From Ascoidea asiatica JCM 7603 (lineage: Eukaryota > Fungi > Ascomycota), in NCBI GenBank assembly GCA_001600695.1, contig BCKQ01000002.1:473002-537001 (forward strand): a DNA stretch of 64,000 nt. Direction: 5' to 3'. The notes under the pieces are model-generated. The model searched no databases. It was not told the DNA's origin and saw only the letters and a program-made list of their open reading frames with translations. Positions 59,064-64,000 of this stretch are shown here, in pieces. The position numbers and the translations under genes were made by a program. Every line of letters begins with the position of its first letter. The first letter of the stretch is position 1.

Positions 59064-62000
59064 TCATTTTTTATTGTTATTACCCATAACCATTAATCTT
59101 ATTTCGAATAAAAAATCATAATCAATTTCTTCATTTGGTGAAAACCAATTTCGTACTTTTCTATTCCATTTATCTTCTTCATGAAAAAATTTCTCAATTG
59201 TTATATTATCAATTTCAAATTCATTTATATTATTTTTTTTTTCTCTTAAATTAAAATTACTTCTTTGACTTAATCTACTACTTGAATTTGATACTGAAGC
59301 AAAATTACCTGCACATGATAAATTTCTAATTTGATTTATTTGATTATTTTTACTTTTTCTATTTTCTTCAATCAGTTGTTGCATTTTCATTTGTTGTTGA
59401 ATATTTTCAAATTCATTATAATCATAATCAAAATTTAATTCTGATCCTTTTCTTGCAACACTTGAAATTCTACATTTAGAATTTTTTGGAGTTTCAATTT
59501 GAATTTCATTTTTCATTAATTTTATAGAAATTGGTGTTTGACTTCTTGATGGAATTGTATCAAAACTACTATTGAATTCATCAGAATTTTCTAATTCAAT
59601 AGAATTATCTAATGAATTATTAAATGAATTATCTTCTGATAATAATTCATTAATTTCTGAAAATGGATTATTTATAAAATCTTCTTCTTTATTTAAATTT
59701 ATCCAACACATTTTTTTGGCATCAAAATACATATTTCCTTCAATTTGAATTTCTTCATTTGAATTTATTCTTTTATTATTAATAATTTCTTTTGAAATTT
59801 TTGGAGATTTTAAATTATTTTTAATTGTATTATGATCTCTTAAATTATTATTAATGTTACTACCTTTATTTAAAAATGTTATTAATCCAGGTACTTTAAT
59901 ATTTATTGTATCAAACCTTTTTAATTCAATTTTATTTCCTTCCCATTTAAATGTTATAGGATTATAAACCATTTTTGTTCCATTATATCCATCAAGTATA
60001 GTCTCATGAGTCGGTATATTCATTTGTTTTATTAAAATTGGAGCTTTCTTCTTCTTTTTTTTTGAACTTGTAATTTTTTGAATTTTTAAATTATTATTAT
60101 TACTATCATTATTATCATTAATTTTATTAGAATTTATGTAATTTATTGGTGAATTTTTTTTCATGAGATTATTGTAATTTTTTTCATTAATTTTATTATT
60201 ATTTTCTTTTTCCATATATTTTTTTAATTTAATCATATTTTCATTTGCCATATTTCCTTTAATTGTTTTATTATCTTGAACCAATAAATATTCTGATTCA
60301 TTTCTTGAATTTACTGCTAAATCTTCAAAATTATCTAATTCATGACCATTTCCATAATTTTTAATTTTTTTTGGTTTTGAAAGTATTTTTTTCTTTTTTT
60401 TAAATATCTTTGAAGGTGAATTATTTCTGAATTCAAAATCAATTTGATTAATTCCATTTGAAATATATCCATTAAATGATTCATCGATATCTGCATCATA
60501 ACCTAAATTAGTTGTACCTAAATATGATTTTCTTGGATATCTCATTAATGCTTCATCTCTCCTATTTTTTAAATTATTATGATTATTATGATTGTTATGG
60601 ATATTATGGATATTATTAATGTTATTAATGTTATTACTTAAAAGGGGCATTGATTGTTTAGTTCTAAGTGTATGAGTTCCTTGACAATGAATACCATGTT
60701 TTCCTGAGAAATTATTATTTTCATTTGCTAATTTTATTTTAGCTCTAGCTAAATCAACATCAGAACTAGATTGAATTTTATAAAATGAATTTGGAGGTCT
60801 TAATAATTCTTTTGAATTATTTAGATATCTATTTGAATTAATAAAATTTGAAGGAGATTTATTTATATAATTTTGTTGTTTTTCATTAGGATAAATTCTA
60901 TCACCATTCGAATTTTTTATTATTATATTTGAATGAATATTATTAGCATGATTATTATTATTATTAAAGTTATTGAAATTATTGTTTTGAGATTGATTTT
61001 GAAAAGATTGAATTTGAGATTGTTTTTCAAAAATATTTAAATCTTGAAAACCTTCAAGAATATCACTATTATTTTCATCATCATAAAATATATTCAATTC
61101 ATCTTTATAATTATTATTATTATTATTACTATTTTTATTATTACTATTTTTATTATTATCATTTAAGTTTGAGTTTAATTTTGTTTTTGGAAGTTTAAAT
61201 TGTTCTTGTAAATCTTTTTTTCTTAATTCTTCTTCTTCCATTTCAACTTTTAATCTTGCTTTTTGTATTGTTCTATTTAATAAATCTTTACAATTTAAAT
61301 TCATATTATCATTACCGAATTCTATTCCAGCTAAATAATCATTTTCAGATTCAGAATAAAAAGAAGTAGATTTTGTTGAGATTGAATCTGTTTTACTAGT
61401 AAGAGAAACAGAAGAATTTGTTGGTGATAAAATTATTGTATCATTATAAACTTTTCCTGATTTTGTGAAAAATTTATTGATTGAGGAATTATTATTATTG
61501 ATAATATTATCAGAATATGGACTAGATTGAGCTTGATTATTTTGATGAAGAATATTGTTTTCATTATTTGAATTTAAAAATAATTGATCAGGAAACTCAA
61601 GACCATCTTCTATATCACTTTCAAAAGGTATATTTTCTTGTAATTTTTTAGATATTTGATTATTATTTTTAATATTTTTAATTTGATTTTTATTTTTATT
61701 TAATAAATTTTGATTAAAAGTAATATTATCAAGTTCATTTTCATTAAATCCATTAAAAAATCTTGATTCTTCATTATTATTATTTAAAATTAAGTTATCA
61801 TTTGAATTTTCTTTTGTTAAAGTTCTAAAATTAACAAAATTATTAACATTTGAATTTGAATTTGAATTTAAATTTGAATTTGAGTTTGAATTTATTGACA
61901 GTTTAATTGTTGCATTATCTAATTTTTGATTTAATATATGATTATTAAAAGTTTCAGGTATTTGAGAATAATCATTTGATTCAAATTCTGTTGATTTTGT

Positions 62001-62117
62001 TGAAAAAAGAGAAGTTCTTAAAGCAGTATTTATATCATCTTCAGAATTAAAAGCATTATCCCAATTTTCATCATCCAAAGATTCTTGAATTAAACCTAGA
62101 TCAATCTGATTCGACAT
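59064..62117 (-). CDS. BFA1: Mitotic exit network GAP scaffold Bfa1/Byr4
   Basis: YGNGHELDNFEDL, MVYNPITFKWEGN..LKRFD, GNMYFDAKKMCW, FFHEEDKWNRKVRNW, FLFEIRLMV. Confidence 0.85.
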   Translation of the reverse strand: MSNQIDLGLIQESLDDENWDNAFNSEDDINTALRTSLFSTKSTEFESNDYSQIPETFNNHILNQKLDNATIKLSINSNSNSNLNSNSNSNVNNFVNFRTLTKENSNDNLILNNNNEESRFFNGFNENELDNITFNQNLLNKNKNQIKNIKNNNQISKKLQENIPFESDIEDGLEFPDQLFLNSNNENNILHQNNQAQSSPYSDNIINNNNSSINKFFTKSGKVYNDTIILSPTNSSVSLTSKTDSISTKSTSFYSESENDYLAGIEFGNDNMNLNCKDLLNRTIQKARLKVEMEEEELRKKDLQEQFKLPKTKLNSNLNDNNKNSNNKNSNNNNNNYKDELNIFYDDENNSDILEGFQDLNIFEKQSQIQSFQNQSQNNNFNNFNNNNNHANNIHSNIIIKNSNGDRIYPNEKQQNYINKSPSNFINSNRYLNNSKELLRPPNSFYKIQSSSDVDLARAKIKLANENNNFSGKHGIHCQGTHTLRTKQSMPLLSNNINNINNIHNIHNNHNNHNNLKNRRDEALMRYPRKSYLGTTNLGYDADIDESFNGYISNGINQIDFEFRNNSPSKIFKKKKKILSKPKKIKNYGNGHELDNFEDLAVNSRNESEYLLVQDNKTIKGNMANENMIKLKKYMEKENNNKINEKNYNNLMKKNSPINYINSNKINDNNDSNNNNLKIQKITSSKKKKKKAPILIKQMNIPTHETILDGYNGTKMVYNPITFKWEGNKIELKRFDTINIKVPGLITFLNKGSNINNNLRDHNTIKNNLKSPKISKEIINNKRINSNEEIQIEGNMYFDAKKMCWINLNKEEDFINNPFSEINELLSEDNSFNNSLDNSIELENSDEFNSSFDTIPSRSQTPISIKLMKNEIQIETPKNSKCRISSVARKGSELNFDYDYNEFENIQQQMKMQQLIEENRKSKNNQINQIRNLSCAGNFASVSNSSSRLSQRSNFNLREKKNNINEFEIDNITIEKFFHEEDKWNRKVRNWFSPNEEIDYDFLFEIRLMVMGNNNKK

Positions 62118-62484
62118 AATCTAACTGATTTAAAATATATTTATAAAACTCATTAAAAGTAAAAGAAAGAAAAGTTAAATGATATTATATTGAAAATGAG
62201 TATTTGTATTTACCATTTATTTTAAAAGTATTAACTATGTAATTTGAATATTGTATTGATAGAGGTAATAGAAAGGAACTAAGCATAGTAAGCATATTAA
62301 GCATATCCACCAAATTAACCATGGAGCTTTGATCTAAAAGCTGTTTATGTTTATATTTGACCCTAATTAGGAACTGTCACGTGGTACATATATAATTCAA
62401 ATTAAGAAGGTGCATTTTGGAATCGGATCCAAATAAAAGTGACTTTGGTTAGTACCAGAGAAGAAAAGAACGAAGAAGCAGAAG

Positions 62485-62532
62485 AATAAGAATAAGAATA
62501 AGAATAAGAATAAGAATAAGAATAAGAATAAG
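62485..62532 (+). repeat. (AATAAG)n hexanucleotide microsatellite
   Basis: About 8 perfect units upstream of BFA1. Confidence 0.9.
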
Positions 62533-63970
62533 CTAATACAATCAAGTTGAATTGGCATAATTGAGGTTTGGTTTCCAGTACACACAGCTTTTATTGATGT
62601 GAAGTGGTTTTATGATTTATTTTTGGGTGAAAAGAGAAATTCTTTGATCATTGATTCAGATTGGATTAATTTCTTTGAGCTTCTAGAAACTGGTGTTAAA
62701 AAAGATTAGTAAGTTTTTTGATTGGAAAGCTGGTCTTGTTTTTTTCTTAGAAGAAATGACAGGAATAGAATATTTGTCATTACTACGAATAATATTATTA
62801 TTGGTTTACTCTTAGATTGTGATTCCTAGTAGGATGATGATTATAATCAAATGATAGATAATTGATAAAAGATATTCAGTTAACCATTGAAGTAATTATA
62901 CTGTTCTTTGGTTAAATTTATAGAAATTCAATTTAATTGAAATTAATATGAAATTTAGAGACCTTTTTTTAATAAAGTAGATAAATTAAAGTTGAAATTA
63001 CTTTTGAAGATTTTGAAAATTTTTTCGTAATTTTTTAGTAATTTTTAAGTAATTTTTTAAATTGATTTTAAAAATGTAATTAATGAGTTAATTAAATTAA
63101 AAGAGTGATCTAATTTTAGTTTTATTGTAGTATAATAATTTTTATGTCATAATCTATAATCTATTCTTAAATTTTGGTAATCTTGACATAATATTTTAAG
63201 CTAGTTTTGAAAATATTTTCATAATAAAAATATATTATATTTTAATTAAAATTTGGTATAGACATAATTACAGAATATTACTAATTGTAGTCTCAATTTC
63301 AATTTCAATTTCAATTTCTTTTTAATTTTTAATTTATTTAATTTAATGATTATAATGCATATTCATATTCATATTCATAATATTATCCATGAGAATAATG
63401 AAATACATTGTCTTACAATTACATGTCATTTTTATTTAAACAATGAATTTGAATCACGAATAAGGACCTGAATAAATTATTCTTTAATAAGAGTTATAAT
63501 AAATACCTATTAAAATTCAATTTTACTACACTTGTAATCAATTAGTGTAAGGTACTAATTAATTATTAATCATATAACAAGGCAATTCAATTAAAGGGAT
63601 AATATTCTTTATAATTAAAATATGTGAAGCCATTTCTTGATCAATTAATTAGTTAACTAGTAATTTACTACAGTACTGGTTTATTAAGTATAGCACCGTA
63701 AATATAATCATTGGCTGATCAACTGATCGATTGATTGATAAAGATAACAAGAATAAGGAGAATAAGATTATGTATGAAGAAGTTGAATAAGTTATCAACG
63801 TTGTTGTATTCATAAAAATTAATATTTCCTAAAAAGAACTCCTATTTTTCCGGGTTTTAGCCAAATCAGGTAACTTTATAAAAAATTATTTGAAAACCTT
63901 TATTACCTGTTAAAATGAAATTAAAATTATATAATAAAATATGCCCAATTTCAATATTTTCATTTTCGGG

Positions 63971-64000
63971 AAAAAAAAAAAAAAAAAAAAAAAAAAAAAA
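63971..64000 (+). repeat. Poly(A) run of at least 30 nt at the window edge
   Basis: Direct reading; it continues to the last base. Confidence 0.9.

Noticed and set aside
62316-62330. AACCATGGAGCTT resembling the RNase MRP 3' conserved region
   Set aside because: No upstream GAAAGTC(T/C)CC partner for helix P4 and no closing P1 stem
1-64000. Transposons, LTRs, viral/plasmid insertions, CRISPR arrays or prokaryotic HGT genes
   Set aside because: No gag/pol/transposase motifs, TG...CA LTR pairs or spacer arrays were seen; all recognisable genes are native yeast genes

Overview
Gene-dense, very AT-rich nuclear DNA from a budding yeast (Saccharomycotina). The Asn-microsatellite-laden proteins and few short introns resemble Ascoidea/Wickerhamomyces-type genomes, but the species cannot be fixed from sequence alone. 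I can support 25 protein-coding genes, in order: CLN1/2-type cyclin (5'-truncated), MED9, ATG3, TOM40, INP1-like, PAC2/ADD66, a TIR/DAN-type GPI mannoprotein, a MATE transporter, a GAC1-like PP1 subunit, SPC72/Mto1-like, MVP1, RCL1, TAF4, ALE1, SEY1, MED4, PZF1 (TFIIIA), TAH1, PSY4, PIN3/LSB1, SWC4, PRB1, VPS75, a YCR061W/YTP1-like membrane protein and HIS2, plus ARG4 and BFA1 (27 in total). Four genes (MVP1, TAH1, PSY4, VPS75) need an intron that the ORF track misses. I found no tRNA, rRNA, CRISPR array or recognisable transposon. The most interesting unexplained signal is a densely base-pairable ~0.8-1 kb block (19.1-20.1 kb) inside a 4.5-kb gene-free gap. It has several stems whose G-U pairs fall on the + strand, a long-range 26-nt inverted repeat and a downstream TACTAAC, making it a candidate long ncRNA (telomerase RNA is one testable hypothesis). 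Other points: a second candidate RNA hairpin at 51.2 kb, a TFIIIA lacking finger 9, GC-rich promoter islands inside AT-rich coding DNA, hints that CUG may not be Leu, and an excess of genes whose S. cerevisiae orthologues are centromere-proximal.
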